Shown: one piece after another, positions 24,536 through 37,515 of the stretch
Layout of the letters: each line of letters starts with the position of its first letter
Numbering within the stretch: position 1 is the first letter of the stretch
Assembly (NCBI RefSeq): GCF_004010195.1
Contig: NC_057718.1
Location: 99,666,730-99,730,729 of the forward strand
Reading direction: 5' to 3'
Origin: Chiloscyllium plagiosum
Lineage: Eukaryota
DNA length: 64,000 bases
Made by a program: the position numbers and the translations under genes
The notes under the pieces: model-generated
The model's database searches: none
What the model was told of the DNA's origin: nothing
The model's input: only the letters and a program-made list of their open reading frames with translations

Positions 24536-24744
24536 GCTGAAAATGTGTTGCTGGAAAAGCGCAGCAGGTCAGGCAGCATCAAAGGAGCAGGAGAATCAAC
24601 GTTTCGGGCATAATTCCTGAAGAAGGGCTTATGCCCGAAACATCGATTCTCCTGTTCCCTGGATGCTGCCTAACCTGCTGCGCTTTTCCAGCAACACATT
24701 TTCAGCTCTGATCTCCAGCATCTGCAGACCTCACTTTCTCCTCA
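24536..24744 (+). mobile_element. Penelope-like family B inverted insertion
   Basis: 14-bp TSD GAGGTATCAGTAGA at 24522-24535 and 24745-24758; hammerhead core at 24617. Confidence 0.85.
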
Positions 24745-24783
24745 GAGGTATCAGTAGAAGCTGGCCTTCTCCGCTCCAAAAGA

Positions 24784-24945
24784 ATTAAGGTTATAGTCCA
24801 ATAGGTTCATTTGAAATCACAAACTCCAACTTGATGAAGGAGCGGTGCTCTGAAAGCTTGTGATTTCAAATAAAGCTGTTGGACTGTAACCTGGTGTCAT
24901 GTGACTTCTGACGTTGTCCACTCCGGTCCAACACCAGCACCTTCT
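24784..24945 (+). mobile_element. Penelope-like family A-related inverted fragment
   Basis: TGATGAAGGAGCGGTGCTCTGAAAGCTTGTG core with family-A-like flanks. Confidence 0.65.
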
Positions 24946-25729
24946 CGCCAAAGAAAACTACCTGAGCTTATCCAGCCCCTTCGCAGTGAGATAATGTTCA
25001 ACAGTCTTTCCAGGGCATATGTTCTGTCTCTTGGCATTCCTTTTGTAGACTTCTATTCTGGTTCCATTGTCACAAATAAATGATTTACGGCAGTGATTAG
25101 GAACCTTACGTGTGTTGTATGGATCTCTTTGCACATCTACCTTCTAGCCCCACTAGCGAACGGGAGAGATTTGTAATTGAATTCTGCTGCTGACTGACAT
25201 TTGGAACAATGTGAAACAGGGTCAGTAGCAGAAAGTTCTGTCGACACAGATCTTTGCAACTCAGCATTTCCTCCATGCTATGGGGATTAATGAGGCAAAA
25301 TCTCCACTTACTTCAAAGGATACAAGTAGCCTATTTCATTGGAGTGGTACATGGTCCTACAATTAAGGTGGATGTCCCATTCTACATTCAGACAGTCTCT
25401 GTTCCTGAGTTCGTTTGTAAGTTAATTTGTACCTAAATCAGAACACAATACAATGTGATATAAAACAGCCATTCATAAGTACTAGCAAACGTTTGTACAT
25501 CAGATCTTTTAAAATTAATATTAATGCATGCCTGTATGAATCCCATTTCTAAGTATGAGCGTTTGGAATTTGGGCGTTAGTAATTCAGGGACTGCCTTGT
25601 ACACTTAACACAAAACGGGGACAAACAACATTGTGAGCGCAGTGACCAGTGTCGTTTCTAAATGCTGCCAATTAAGAAATACTAGAATTAAGGGCTTCAA
25701 GAAAAACCAAAAAGTATTAAGTTCAGAGG

Positions 25730-26428
25730 GGTGCAGGTACATAATTCTTTGAAGTTTGCGTCACATATAGACAGGATGGTTAAAAAGACATTTGGCCTGC
25801 CTGCCTTCATTGCTCAGTCCTTTGAGTTTTGGAGTTGCGACGATATGTTAAGGTTGTACAGCACATTGATGGAGCCTCCTCTAGAACACGATGGCCAGTT
25901 CTAGTCTCCCAGTTATAGGAGGGATATTGTTAAGCTAGAGAGGATTCAGAAGAGATTTACCAAGGATGTTGCCGGGTCTGGAAGGTTTGAGTTATAAAGA
26001 AAGGCTGGATAGGCTGGGACTTTTTTCACTGGAGGGTAGGAGGTTGAGAGGTGACCTGATAGAAGTTTATAAAAGAATGAGAGGCATAGATATAGTTGAT
26101 GGTAGTTGTCTCTTCCCTAAGGTGTGGAATTTCAAGTCTAGGGGGCACATTTTTAAGGTAAGAGGAAAGAAGTTTTAAGAAGACGTAAGAAGCAAAATGT
26201 TTACACAGAGGGTGGTTCGTCTGTACAATAACTTCCTGAGGAAGTGGTGGATGTGGGTACAATTACAACATTTAAAAGACATTTGGATAAGTACATGAAT
26301 AGGAAAGGTTTGGAGGGATATTGGCCAGGAGCCAGCAGGTGGGGCTAGTTTAGATTGGGATTATGTTTGGCATGGACTGGTTGGACTGAAGGGTCTGTTT
26401 CCGTGCTGTATGACTGTATGACTCTATG
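25730..26428 (+). mobile_element. CR1 LINE 3' fragment
   Basis: MLPGLEGLSYKERLDRLGLFSLE plus tail. Confidence 0.9.
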
Positions 26429-26429
26429 A

Positions 26430-27560
26430 GCTTAATACAAGACAAAGTTGGACATCCTGGAAAAAACAATTCCTGAGGCATGGAATAGTTTTTAAACTCT
26501 CAGTAAGAAAAAAAGTTGAACAAGTAAATACGTTTCTGTATGGGATGTGGAGTGTAGCAGATGATGTCATTACTTAGCATTGGATAAATGAAACATCAGA
26601 TAAATTTGAAGAGATATTGTAGGCCGTTGACAATTATTTCACGTTAGAATTAAGAATGTTCTGGAAAGGGCAGGAATTAACAAAATAATGTGACATCCAG
26701 ATGAATCCATACATGATTTTCTGAAGGATTTCTGCAGGCTATTGAAGAGATGGGACTAAAGTCAAAATTCGTAAGAGACCAGATTATTGTAGGCCTTACT
26801 GTTGAGTCTTTGTCAGATTGATTACAGTCCAAAGAAGACTTAAACTCGAGAGAAATCCATTCAGATGACAAGTGAAGCACAGGTCCAGAAGCAAACCATG
26901 TAATTCTTAAATAGACACAACCACACAGGAATCTGTAGAATGTTTTATTTCTTAAGTAATAAAACTAAAAAACTTTAAAACACCAGACAAGCTGAAGCTC
27001 AGGACAGACACCAGACATAATTCTCCTGACCAACAGTGTGGCCAAAAAAGCCTCACAGGCATAGACAGTGCCCAGCTTTTAAACCCAAACATTTTCATAT
27101 AATGTAGGCACAGCTACAGAAAACACAAGACCAAAAAAGTACCCACAAAGTAAGAGGTAAATGAGGTGGAAGAGTCTCTAGAAGATGAACTCAGTGTTTT
27201 CCTTGGAGAAATTAATAGCCCAAAGATTTTGGAATGCAGAAATTTGCATTAATGGGAATCTCACAAATTTCAAGTTACACATGGGAGACTGGAAGCCTTC
27301 ATCAGCAAAAAGCCAATAAATAAGAAGGTGCTTGATCCTGGAGGCATTGTACGCAATATTAAATATTAAAATATTACAATATTAAATACTACAAGCAACT
27401 CTCCAGCATAGGGGCCATATTAGTAAAACTTAATGTACCTCTCAACCAGGAATCTTCCAACTCCTGAGTCAAAGAGTATGACGATCTCGGTCTCATTCAA
27501 AAGATGAAAAAGATAAAATCCAAAAGGGTCAAGGAGGAGCTCAGAGGAGTGAGGACACTT
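26430..27560 (+). mobile_element. Degenerate Ty3/Gypsy gag and protease
   Basis: WTSWKKQFLR..VEQVNTFLY, FVRDQIIVG..LSD*LQSKEDL and the protease-like NGNLTNFKLHMG (~27251), with many stops and frameshifts. Confidence 0.7.
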
Positions 27561-28339
27561 TATTCGAGTTAGGATATGGAATTATAGAGCTGTACAGTAT
27601 GGAAACAGACCTTTCGGCCCAACTCGTCCATGCCAACTAGATATCCTAACCTAATCTAGTCCCATTTGCCAGCAATCAATCCATATCCATCTAAACCCTT
27701 CCTATTCATATACCCATCCAGATAGCTTTTAAATACCAGCACCAGTTTTTTGGCTGAGCTGAAATTTACAAGGGATGGTAGATGGGAGGCCAAAAGGTGG
27801 GCACTGGAATGGTCAAGATGGAATGCAACAAAGGCATTGATCAGAGATAGGGTAGGAACAGACAATACTAAGGAGCTGGCCTGGATTGTACATTAATATG
27901 GAGACAGTTGGAGCGTTGTAATTCCTTCCTGCAATGCAGTCCCTTTCCCACTATGACACCTATAATTTAAAACTGCGTATGCCTCTATTTTCAATTCCAA
28001 TTCCCATTGCAAACTAAAAAGCATATCTTTCTCTGCATTGGGACTGCATCTTTTTGATTATTTTTCAAGAAATGTTGGTGATACATGAGTCAATATATTC
28101 CCTGTACTGAAATTGGATCATAATTTTGGCTTTGTCTTCCTTGAGTTATGTAACAGCTCCAAGGGCTTGCACTCTCTGGATTGTTCAGGTGACATTAATG
28201 ATCTCAGTAAGCTGTCTCCCACTGTTTTGCACTTCAGGGCATTATCACATTTCTACTCTACACAGTCTATTCTTCAGAGGTTATATAATGAGGAGAGACT
28301 GTACAAATTGGATCTGTTTGTTTGGAATTTAAACTGTTG

Positions 28340-28478
28340 CTGTAACACTACATTCTGCATTCTGTTCTATTACCCTGATGTACTCATGTAAGGTATGATT
28401 GGTCTGGACAGCACGCTAAACAATACTTTTCACTGTATCTCGGTACATGTGACAGTAATAAATCAAATCAAATCAAAG
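28340..28478 (+). mobile_element. 3' end of another non-LTR element with an (AATCA)n tail
   Basis: TTTTCACTGTATCTCGGTACATGTGACAGTAATAAATCAAATCAAATCAAA; a similar end lies near 40100-40183. Confidence 0.5.
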
Positions 28479-28515
28479 AGGTGATCTGATTGAAGTATTC
28501 AAGAAGACTAGAAGC

Positions 28516-30065
28516 TTGGCTGTCTGGCAGAAAGCAGAGAGTGGGGATAAAAGGGTCTTTCTCAGGATGGCAGCTGGTGACAAGTGTGTTCCACAAGGCT
28601 CAGTGTTGGAACCACAACTTTTCACTTTATACATTAACGATCAAAATGAAGGAACTGAGGGCATTCTGACTAAGTTTGCAGATATTCCAAAGATAGATAG
28701 TGGGGTAGGTAGCATTGAGGAAGTGGGGAGGCTGCAGCAAGGTTTAGACAGGTTAGGAAGTGGGCAAAGAAGTGGCAGATAGAGTACAATGTGGGGAAAT
28801 GTGAGGTCATGCACTTTGGTTGGAAGAATCCAAAGACGTGCAGGTTAGGTGAATTGGCCATGCTAAATTGTCCGTAGTGTTAGGTGCAGGGGTAAATGTA
28901 GGGGAATGGGTCTGGGTGAGTTGCTCTTCAGAGGGTCAGTGTGGACTTGTTGGGCCGAAGGGCCTGTTTCCACACTGTAGGGAATCTAATCAATAGAGGC
29001 ATGGACTATTTTCATGGGGAGAAAATTCAGAAGTCTGAATTGCAAAGAGATTTGGGAAATGTAGTCCAGGATTCTCTCAAGGTAAACTTGCAGGTTGAGT
29101 CAGTAGTTAGGAAGGCAAATGCAATGATGGCATTTATTCTGAGAGGACTTGAACATAGAAGCAGAGATGAACTTCTGAGGCTCTACAAAGCTCTAGTCAG
29201 ACCACATTTGGAGTATTGTGCACAGTTTTGGGGCCCATATCCCAGGAAAGATCCCAGGATCATGTTCAGAGGAGGTTCATGAGAATGGTCCCTGGAACAT
29301 ATGAGGAAGGTTTGAGGATTCTGGGTTTATACTCGATTGAGTTTAGAATGGTGAAATAATTGAAATTTACAGAATATTGAATGGCCTGGACAAAGTAGAT
29401 GTTGGGAAGATGTTTCCATTGGTAGGAAAGACTAGGACCCTTACAGTAAAGGGAATACCCTTTAGAATGGAGATAAGGAGAAATCTCTTCAGCCAGAATC
29501 TATGGAATTCACTGCCACAGAAGGCTGTGGAGGCCGGGTCATTGAGCATACTTAAGACTGAGATAGATAGATTCTTGATTGTCAAGGGGATCAAGGGTTA
29601 CAGGGAGAAAGCGGGAGAATGGGGTTGAGGAACACTTCAGCCATGATCAAATGGTGGAGCAGACTTTTTGGGCTGAATAGCCTAATTACTGCTCCTCTGT
29701 CTTATGGTCTAATGGTCTTATATTAACAGGCAAGGACAGGGTCAATAAATTATTTCCACTGATTGGAGAATCCAAAGCCAGGAGGTATAGTCTGCGAATT
29801 AGGGCCAGGTTGTTTAGGAGAGATGTTAGGAAGTGTTTCTCCACACAAAGGGTAGGCAAGGTTTGAACCTCTCTTCCTCAAATGGCAGTGGACTGTGGAT
29901 CAGTTGTTAGTTTTAAATCTGAGACCAATAATGCTTTGTTAAGTAAAGGTGTTTAGGGATATGGGCCAAAGGTAGGCACATGGACTTAGTTCACAAAGTG
30001 CTCATAATCTCACTCAATGGCAGAACAGGAGCAAGGGGCTGAATGGCCTACTCCAGTTCCTATGT
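28516..30065 (+). mobile_element. CR1 RT-to-tail fragments interrupted by an HE1 3' part (about 28830-28990)
   Basis: VPQGSVLEPQLFTLYIND, KFAD, LYKALVRPHLEYCAQFW and WNSLPQKAVEA. Confidence 0.88.
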
Positions 30066-31026
30066 TATCTGGGAGAAGCAAGACTTGGGAATAAGGCTTG
30101 ACATTATAATGCCTATGTCAGCTTGCAAGCATTTTCAGACTCTCCTCCGTCTGTGAGTTAAGATGCAGTCATTTAAAATTAACAGTTTCATTACTTCACT
30201 GACACAACAGATAAAGGAATGTTGCATACAATTCACCCAATTGTATGCAGCATTGTAAATTAATAGAACAAAGTTTCTATTTGTGTCTGTTCCACAATTG
30301 TGGAGCGAACGATTTACAAACAGGAGACTTGCGTGTGTGCATTGCTAAAAAGAGATACACGTTGCCAGCTGACATGACCGCACCAAGTTTGTGATCATTC
30401 GAAATTTGGCACTCTTGCACTGGTCCTGATGAATGTAAAATTTATAAAAAGTTTTGGCAACTTTCTTCTCCTTTCTCCTTCTCTCCTCTCAGTAAATATC
30501 GTTGTTGGCTTAATTAAACTTTTTGGCACTGATGCTGGTTTAAGTGCATTACTGTCTCCCTGAGATCTCTTGAAGAAACATTTGCAAGTGTGTGCCACAC
30601 TGTGTATTTCCGTCCGATGGTATAACATTTGCAGGATGCACATTGTTTTCACTCCCACTGTGATAGCCCAGTGCATAGTGACCCTGTTCTTTGGACATAA
30701 CTGAAAAAGCAAATGCAAGAGGTGTGGGTCCAATAGGTTAACACCTTCATAATGTCAGCACAGGCATAATGGGCCAAATGTCCTCCTCCTGTGCCAAATC
30801 ACTCTATGGTGCTAGGCTGAATACCGCCAAATCAAACCAGATGGTCATCACTTCTTTGTTAGCTCAGTGACTGTAATCACTGAACCATTTCATTGTAAAA
30901 TGGTGGCTGTGTGTACATCTTCTCGGTTCACTAACCTTTATCCCTTTCAAGAGATTTGCAAACAAAGCGAGGTTGGCATAGGGGAAAAAAAACCTTTTCA
31001 CCAGCAATTCGTTAGGCCACTGCCTG

Positions 31027-31150
31027 GGGTCCTGAGGAAGGGTTACACCCGAAATGTTGACTTCTCCACCTCCTGACGCTGCCTGGCTTGCTGTGTTCTT
31101 CCAGCCTCCTGATGTCTACCCTGGATTCCAGCATCTGCAGGGTTTCTCTG
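31027..31150 (+). mobile_element. Penelope-like family C terminal fragment
   Basis: Begins at the hammerhead GTCCTGAGGAAGGGTTACACCCGAAA and ends CCAGCATCTGCAG. Confidence 0.7.
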
Positions 31151-31916
31151 GAAATGTGGTGGAGACAGGTCCAGCCTTCCAGATTATTTGGAGAGAGATA
31201 GCATGCAGGGACACCGGGGGGAAGGCAGGAGATTTGCACTGGGGGATAGAACTGGTGAGGTCACGGCAAGCTGAATGGTCTCCTTGTGTGCTAGAGTAAT
31301 CCTGGGATCTTTGCAAATGTGTCTCTCGCTGAGGGATTGTGGGATTCCACCCACTCACGAACCAGCCTCTGCTTTATTAGCGATCAGTCTGAAAAACAAC
31401 TGTTTTTGCATATGAAAAGCGAATGCAAATTTGATTTTGTTTTGTTTTAAATGTCCCTGATTTGAAGTGCTTCTCATTTTTACAATGCGCTCTGACTGGC
31501 CTTTTGAAGATACAGGGGCACTCGTGACATTTTGAGCGGATGAAGCCAATCTCTCCTGAGCTGAAACCTACCTGAACAGCAAATAATCAACTCTTATCCT
31601 TCGAATTATGGTGAAGATTGCTTTTATTTTGAGCCGTCCAAGTTTTCCTTTCTCTCGGTTGAAAAGGGTTTGTCTCATTCGGTCCAACCAGATTATTAAC
31701 GAAAGCGGGGGTACTCATAAACGTCTTTTTTCCTCACATCCAGGCAATGATTAATATTTGTTTGTGTTCCACCTCACAGGTCACGTGATATTGGGACACA
31801 AACTCCTCCCAACTGCTCGGGGAAGATGGTAGCAATGGTCGTCGGGGACGTCTGTTAAATTCTCCGAAATTCTGCAGCTGTACCCACACCGCCCTCCCCC
31901 TCTCCCCGCCAACCAA

Positions 31917-32736
31917 ATGCCAGGCAATCGACGCATGACACGGGGCACCTTCTGTTGTCGGGGATTTTGGAGAAGGAGGCTGGCATCTCTCAGGGTTGGC
32001 ATCGGGCAAGTCCTCAGGTGCCTGGCGGGAGGATCCCAGGATGAGGCGGGAACGTTGGCACATGGCGACATGGTCTCCCTGCACCCGAGGGCAGAGGTGG
32101 TAGAGCAGGAGGGGCAGGCACACTCCTGTCCTGGAGGTCGGGCGTTGAGAGGGGGAGCATCCGATCGAAGGCCATCCAGCTCGGGGTCCGTGGCTGGGGG
32201 GCTGAAGACGAAGAGGAAGCTGACCCCCCTGCCTTCTTTATCCTCCAAGAAAATCGTGGAGAGGAGCTCCGGTAATGGGAAGAGAGGTCTGGAACAGGGT
32301 GTGGGTCTTGGCCCAGGAGACCAGCTCACGCCTCCTGTGATCAACTTGATCCCGCCGACTCCATCCAATCTGATCGACGATGACCGTTTTTTTGAGATCG
32401 ACTCAGAGGCGGGCAACAAAAAGGCAGGCAGCTCAGAGGGTCCGAAGGCCGGAGACTCTGGGGGCTGTGGAGCTGATAGTGGGAGAGGAGTGGCAGGGGG
32501 CGGTGCTGAGGGAGATAATGAGACAGATGTACCATCAGCTTTTGGACCTGGCGTGAGATCAGATACTGACCTGCTTGACGATCTTTCCCATCTACATTCT
32601 GAAAATACTCTCCTCCAGCGAGAGCTGAGGTCCGATTGGACAAGGGAGGAAAGGATGGATCTAGAGGTCACCTCGAGCCAGACCGATCTGTTAAAAAACT
32701 GTGAAGAGATTCTACTTCCAAAGGATCCCAAACAGA
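31917..32736 (+). CDS. First coding exon of an uncharacterised SAM-domain protein (disordered Gly/Ser/acidic N-terminus)
   Basis: 276-aa non-repeat, GC-rich ORF. There is an in-frame upstream stop near 31830 and a donor AGA|GTATGT at 32737. Length 820 nt ends in phase 1, matching the downstream exons. Confidence 0.75.
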
Positions 32737-32944
32737 GTATGTATTGAATCTCAGTTTGTTTTGTTTTGTTGAATGTTCTTCCATGGGATGTGGGTATTGC
32801 TGCCATTTGTTCACTCTTCCTCCATATTACCCCCTGAACTGAAATGGCTGACTTGACCAGTTCAGGGAGTAGTTAAAAGTCAGCATATTACTGTGGGTCT
32901 GGAGTCATACGTTAACCATACTGGCCACAGGATGGGAGTGGATC

Positions 32945-33537
32945 AGAGCTTGGAGTATAGGAGCTGGGACATCATGTTGAGTTTGTACAGGACATTGGTG
33001 AGGCCTCTTCTGGAACACTGTGTCCAGTTCTGGTCTCCCTGCTGTAGGAAGGACGTTATTAAATGGAGAGGGTTCAGAAAAGATTTACCAGGATATTGCC
33101 AGGAATGGAGGGTTTGAGATATAAAAATAGCCTGGATAGACTGGGGCGTTTTCCATTGGAGTGTAGGTGTTTGAGGGATGAGGTTTATAAAATCATGAGG
33201 GGCATAGATAAGATGAATGACATGGGTCTTTTCCCTAAGTTGGGGGAGTTCAAAACTAGGGATCACATTTTCAAGGTGAGAGACGAAAGATTTAAAAAGG
33301 AGGAGTGACGCTTTTACACAGAGAGTGGTTCATGTGTGAATGAACTGCCAGAAGAAGTGGTGAATGTGAGTATGATTACAACGTCTAAAAGCTATTTGGA
33401 TGAGGGCATGAATAAGAAAGGTTTGGCAGGATATGGGCCAGGTGGAGGCAGGTGGGACTAGTTTAGTTTGGGATTATGGTCAGCATGGACTGGTTGGACT
33501 GAAGGGTCTGTTTCCATGCTGATTGACTCTATGATTC
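32945..33537 (+). mobile_element. CR1 LINE 3' fragment
   Basis: LYRTLVRPLLEHCVQFWSP plus tail. Confidence 0.9.
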
Positions 33538-34514
33538 TAGGTCTCCAGCGTCCACAGCTCTTTGTTTTAGAAACTTACTCTTCTGTTACCTCAGGAAACC
33601 CTGGTTAAATTAGCTCCTTTTAAAACATTAGTTTATTTGGTTTGTGCCATGGAAGGGATTGTTTGCAAATAAACTTGGGAGGGCATGACCATTCAAGAGG
33701 GAGGCTGAACATAGAAGGGGAACCAGTTCACCCCTCCACACCTGGGAGCTTGGCAATTGGCAGGTGGAACCCATCTGGATCTGGAAGAGCCTGGGGAGCC
33801 CACCCAGGGTCTGCTTCATAAGGCCATTAGATATAGGAGCAAATTAGGCCATTTGGCCCATTGAGACTGCTCTGCTACTCCATCATGGCTGATTCGTTTC
33901 TCAACCCCATTCTCCCTATAACCCTTGGCCCCCTTACCAATCCAGTTTGTTAGCCCAACCTTCACAGGATCTGGCCTCCAACTGACGAGACCAGCATCTG
34001 CTGCCCACCCCTAACTGACCTTAAGAATGTGACGGTGAAGCAAGCTAAGTTCGAGTGGAGTGGGTATAGCCCTCAGTGCCCTTTGAGAACCAGGTAGCTC
34101 AGTTGGCTGGACAGCTGAGATTTGAGCAACGCCAATGGAGAGGGTGCAATTGCTAACTCTGGCTGAGGATACCATGACAGTTCCTCTTCTCCACCTCCCC
34201 CCTCACCTGAGACATGGTAACCCTCAGGTTAAACTGACAACTCTCTCTCTCTAATAGATAAGCAGCTGCTAGTCTTCCATGTCTGTGGTATCCTCCCCTT
34301 CACAGGGTTGATAGGGAGTATGCTCCTTTTCGATCAGCTACACTCCCATTGAATTGTTGAGCAGACTTGATGGGGTGAATAATCTATGTCTGCTCCTTTG
34401 TCCAAAAGTGTCATGGCACAGTATCCATCCCCTCAAGCATTCAATGACTGAAAGGCCTTAGACAGTGCCCCTTCCCCGAGCACTTCTGGGTAATCCCATT
34501 GATTACATTATCAA

Positions 34515-34740
34515 AGGCAAAAACAGAAATTGCTGGAAAAGGTCAGCAGGTCTGGTAGCATCTGTGGAGAGAAATCAGAGTTAACATTTCAGATCGAGTG
34601 ACCCTTCCTCAGAACATTCAGGTCAACAGACCCGACCATTAACTCTGATTTCTCTCTCCAGATGCCGCCAGACTTGCTGAGTTTTTTCAAGTAATTTCTG
34701 CTTTTGCCTCTGATTTACAGCATCTGCAGTTCTTTCAGTT
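34515..34740 (+). mobile_element. Penelope-like family D inverted insertion
   Basis: TSD TTGATTACATTATCAA / TTGATTAAATAATCAA at 34499-34514 and 34741-34756; 31-nt tail. Confidence 0.8.
34580..34615 (-). ncRNA. Minimal hammerhead motif (decayed), family D
   Basis: Reverse complement reads GTT-CTGAGGA-A-GGGTC actc GATCT-GAAA-TGTT-AAC, with stem I GTT/AAC. Confidence 0.6.
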
Positions 34741-34800
34741 TTGATTAAATAATCAAGCCGTTCAACGGCGTTCTTCCTGTTTCGTGCCTGCTGTTCTCAG

Positions 34801-34878
34801 ACTGGTCTACCTTGTCCATTGAAATTACTCATACAGTAGATTTAAGCTTTACCTTGTACCTTCCCTGCGCAGCCCACC
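34801..34878 (+). CDS. Candidate 78-nt symmetric phase-1 exon of the same gene
   Basis: Acceptor ttcttcctgtttcgtgcctgctgttctcAG and donor ACC|GTGAGC. Only the phase-1 frame is open (WSTLSIEITHTVDLSFTLYLPCAAH). Confidence 0.4.
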
Positions 34879-35384
34879 GTGAGCAATACAATGCTGTGGG
34901 AGCATGCCTGGGGTCAGTCATACAAATCTGTGACAATTAAACCTCAGGCTTTTAAATCAATTCTGCTAGACGCACAGGTAATTTCTTCAACTGAATGGCT
35001 ATTTTAATTAGAAAGAAATAATTCACACTCGTAACTAACTCCCTTTTGCAGCGAATGTCAGCTTAGTCATCAGTTTGCTTCAGTCCGCTGAAAGAAACCT
35101 GGGCAAACAAACTGAACTAAATTGACGTGAATCTTTCCGATCGGAATTTTCATTCCAGACCTTGATGTAATGTCTTAGGCGCCCAATGTTCGTGGCTACT
35201 TGCTCCAAAGTCCTGACATTTCTCTGCGATTTGTTCACAGAATCATAGAAGCGTGCAGGGAGGCCAGTCGGCCTATCAAACCTGTGCTAGCTCTTTGTAG
35301 GATTGGTTTGCTCATGTCCCCACCTTTTGTTCGCCACCTCACTCACATCGAATCACTGCCCAAATCCCTTTTAAAATTATCATC

Positions 35385-35655
35385 TTTTTTCCCTACTGTG
35401 TGGAAGAAGGCCATTCAGCCTACACTGATCCTCCAAAGAGCATCTCATCCAATCCCTGCCACCCTGTATTTCCCCAAGCCACTATGGAGCGGTTTCTCAC
35501 TGCTACTCCACCTTCCGTCTGTGGAATGAAACCGGAACATCCAGAGGGAACCCACGCAGGCAACGTGTAAACACCACACAGACAGTCACCCAAGGGGGGA
35601 ATCGAACCTGGGTCCCTGGCGCTGTGAGGCAGCAGTGCTAACTACTGAGCCACCT
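35385..35655 (-). mobile_element. HE1-type SINE (decayed)
   Basis: Clear tRNA-like head at 35600-35655. Confidence 0.75.
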
Positions 35656-35819
35656 CTAGCTATTGCAGTGAGCTGCCAACATCCCATCAATTTAACAACT
35701 CTCTGAGTGAAAACATTTCTCCTTCATCTCCCCCTTAGATAATTTGCCATGGACTTTAAATCTATGGATTCCCCTGGTATTGTTTTGGGGGCTATTAAAA
35801 TAAAATCTGTTGCTCAATC

Positions 35820-37515
35820 AAATGGGTCAATGGACTGGAAAATGGCAGGTGGCGTTCAATCTGGATAAATGTGAGGTAATACATCTTGGTACAGCAAGCA
35901 AGGGTAGGGCTTATACAATTAATGGTCAGGCTTGGGTAGTGTTGTAGAACAGAGGGACCAAGGGGTGCCGGTACATAATTCTTTGAAGTTTGCGTTACAT
36001 ATATACAGGGTGGTTAGAAAGGCATTTAGCAAGCTTGGCTTCATTGCTCAGACCATTTGAGTACAGGAGTTGAGAGCTATGTCGAGGTTGTACAGGACAT
36101 TGGTGAGGTCTCTTAGAGTCATAGAGTCATGGAGATGTACAGACTCTTCGGTCCAACCCGTCCATGCCGACCAGATATCCCAACCCAATCTAGTCCCACC
36201 TGCCAGCACCTGGCCCATATCCCTCCCAACCCTTCCTATTCATATACCCATCCAAATGCCTCTTAAATGCTGCAATTGTACCAGCCTCCACCACATCCTC
36301 TGGCAGCTCATTCCATACACGTACCACCCTCTGCGTGAAAAAGTTGCCCCGTAGGTCTCTTTTATATCTTTCCCCTCTCACCCTAAATCTATGCCCTCTA
36401 GTTCTGGACGACCAGAATTGCACGCAATATTCCAACAGTGGCCTAACCAATGTCCTGTACAGCCGCAACATGACCTCACAACTTCTGTACTCAATGCTCT
36501 GACCAATAAAGGAAAGCATACCAAACACCTTCTTCACTATCCTATCTACCTGTGACTCCACTTTCAAGGAGCTATGTACCTGCACTCCAAGGTCTCTTTG
36601 TTCAGTAACACTCCCTAGGACCTTACCATTAAGTGTATAAGTCCTGCTTAGATTTGCTTTCCCAAAATGCAGCACCTCACATTTATCTGAATTAAACTCC
36701 ATCTGCCACTTCTCAGCCCATTGGCCCATCTAGTCCAGATCCTGTTGAAATCTGAGGTAACCCTCTTCGCTGTCCACTACACCTCTTCTGGAACACTGCG
36801 TCCAGTTCTGGTTGCCCAGTTATAGAAAGGATATTATTAAGCTGGAGAGGGCTCAGAAGAGATTTACCAGGATGTTGCCGGGTATGGAGGGTTTGAGCTA
36901 TAAAGAAAGGCCAGATAAGCTAGGACGTTTTTCACTGGAGCATAACAGGTTGAGAGGTGACCTTATAGAAGTTTATAAAATAATGAGGGATACAGATAAG
37001 GTTAATGGTAGTTGTATTTTCCCGAGGGGTGGGGGATTTCAAGGCAAGGGGGTACATTTTTAAGGTGAGTGGAGAGAGATTTTAAAAAGACATTGGGACA
37101 ATTTTTTTTTACGCAGAGGGTGGCTGGTGTAAAGGTGATTGAGGGATGACCTTATTGAGCTTTATAAAATCACGAGGGGCGTAGATAAGGTGAATGGCAA
37201 GGGTGTTCTCCCTAGGGTGGGGGAGATCAAAACTAGGGATCACATTTTTAAGGTGAGAGCAGAAGGATTTAAACATGAGGAGCAACCTGTTTACTCAGAG
37301 AGTAGCTCGTGTGTGGAATGAACTTCCAGAGGAAGTGGTGGATGCGAGTAGAGTTAAAACGTTTAAAAGACATTTGGATAAGGACATGAATAGGAAAGGT
37401 TTGGAGGGATATGAGCCAGGAGCAGTCAGGTGGGACTAGTTTAGTTTGGGAATATGCTTGGCATGGACTGGTTAGACCGAAGGGTTTGTTTCCGTACTGT
37501 ATGACTCAATGACTG
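35820..37515 (+). mobile_element. CR1 fragment(s) with a nested antisense CR1 at about 36114-36782
   Basis: The outer copy resumes after a CTCTT duplication. The inner copy gives the 179-aa minus ORF, which has an internal deletion. Confidence 0.88.

Noticed and set aside
31781..32806. 341-aa minus-strand ORF
   Set aside because: It is the antisense shadow of the GC-rich + strand exon, which has the splice donor and phase support.
36190..36729. RT-like ORFs here and elsewhere as host genes
   Set aside because: They are truncated, frameshifted CR1 ORF2 fragments; no intact autonomous element is present in the window.
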